Below are positions 63,179 to 64,000 of a stretch of 64,000 bases of DNA, piece by piece. The stretch comes from Heterodontus francisci (taxonomy: Eukaryota). A program made the translations under genes and the position numbers. Under the pieces are notes generated by a model, which searched no databases, was not told the origin of the DNA, and was given only the letters and a program-made list of their open reading frames with translations. Position 1 is the first letter of the stretch, and every line of letters begins with the position of its first letter. The stretch covers positions 28,968,262 through 29,032,261 of the forward strand of contig NC_090413.1 in the NCBI RefSeq assembly GCF_036365525.1. Direction: 5' to 3'.

Positions 63179-64000
63179 CTACATTCTCTGCCATTCACAC
63201 AAACTGATTTTGCTTTAAAAGTTTTCTTAACAGTCTTAAATTCAAAATCTCACACATGTTCACTAAAAAAAAATCAGTGCAATTCAACAAGGTTACCTGT
63301 AAGCCAAAGTTGGGCAAGGTGATAAAATTCAGTGCCTTTGCTGATGTTCAGAAACTCTTGTTTACATCAGAATTCCTCAGTTAAAAGACAAAGTGATCAT
63401 ATTCAGTGCATTTTCTTTTACCCCTGAGGATATTTCATGATATGGATTTGTTTTCTTTTAGATTAACACTGTCTCCTAGCTCATCTGTTGGCAAGGCCCT
63501 GAGGGAAGAAATGAAAGATAGCATGATTGGGCCAAAGGAAGGGAGGGGCAGGAGAGAATGGCCCAAGAGTTAAAAAAGAGAAGTAATGAACTCAGCGGTC
63601 CAGATCAGCAACCAAATTGTGTATGCAAATGGCAGAGAGAATTCAAGTTACATAGGAATGGCAGAGTTTAGGAGAGACGTGTCCTGTTGTAAACAGAGGC
63701 CAGGGAGGATATGATATATGAGAGTCCAAAGTCTGCAGTCTAGTGGTGGGATGGTGTTGCCTTTAAACAGTGAATACAATGAGTCTGTCTACTGCGAGCA
63801 TACAGTCGGTTTGATTTCGGAGTTTCAACCACCAATCAGTGTGATGGTGTCTTTCCAGCTCTCAACCAGTTTATAACTGAATTGTACAAAAATGAGATCT
63901 TGGGAGAAACTGACAATTCCATACTGAATAAAATCAGGCTTTTGTAGTGCCTCACCACCCACGAAATGAAAAACACTGCCAGAGTGTTTGCAAGACTTTT

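Overview
Repeat-rich vertebrate genomic DNA, most likely from a shark or other cartilaginous fish (HE1-type V-SINEs, HER1/CR1 LINEs, SacSINE1-like element). The host content is a minus-strand ICAM/VCAM-like Ig-superfamily cluster whose exons are all joined in phase 1. Gene A (61333->43289) is leader + 3 Ig domains + TM. It has a GC donor before the TM exon and a stop codon where the cytoplasmic Tyr is expected. Gene B (34558->16541) is 6 Ig domains + TM with an intact tail, but no convincing leader of its own and a damaged acceptor on domain 5. A third, orphan TM exon (3033->2936) lies in a duplicated block (1-5893 vs 39566-46258, offset ~40.4 kb). Domain 2 of A and B is ~98% identical while domain 1 is highly diverged. 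Mobile DNA includes a very young Neptune-type Penelope element (814-aa RT+GIY-YIG ORF, 1123-bp inverted arm, TSD, minimal hammerhead ribozyme). There is also a single-ORF EN-RT LINE with a tRNA-like head and no T4 run on its sense strand until its 3' end, plus bipartite SINEs derived from it; this is a candidate Pol III-driven autonomous LINE/SINE system. Many CR1, L2, RTE, Gypsy, Harbinger and hAT remnants fill the rest. All coordinates and identities were read by eye; no database searches were run.
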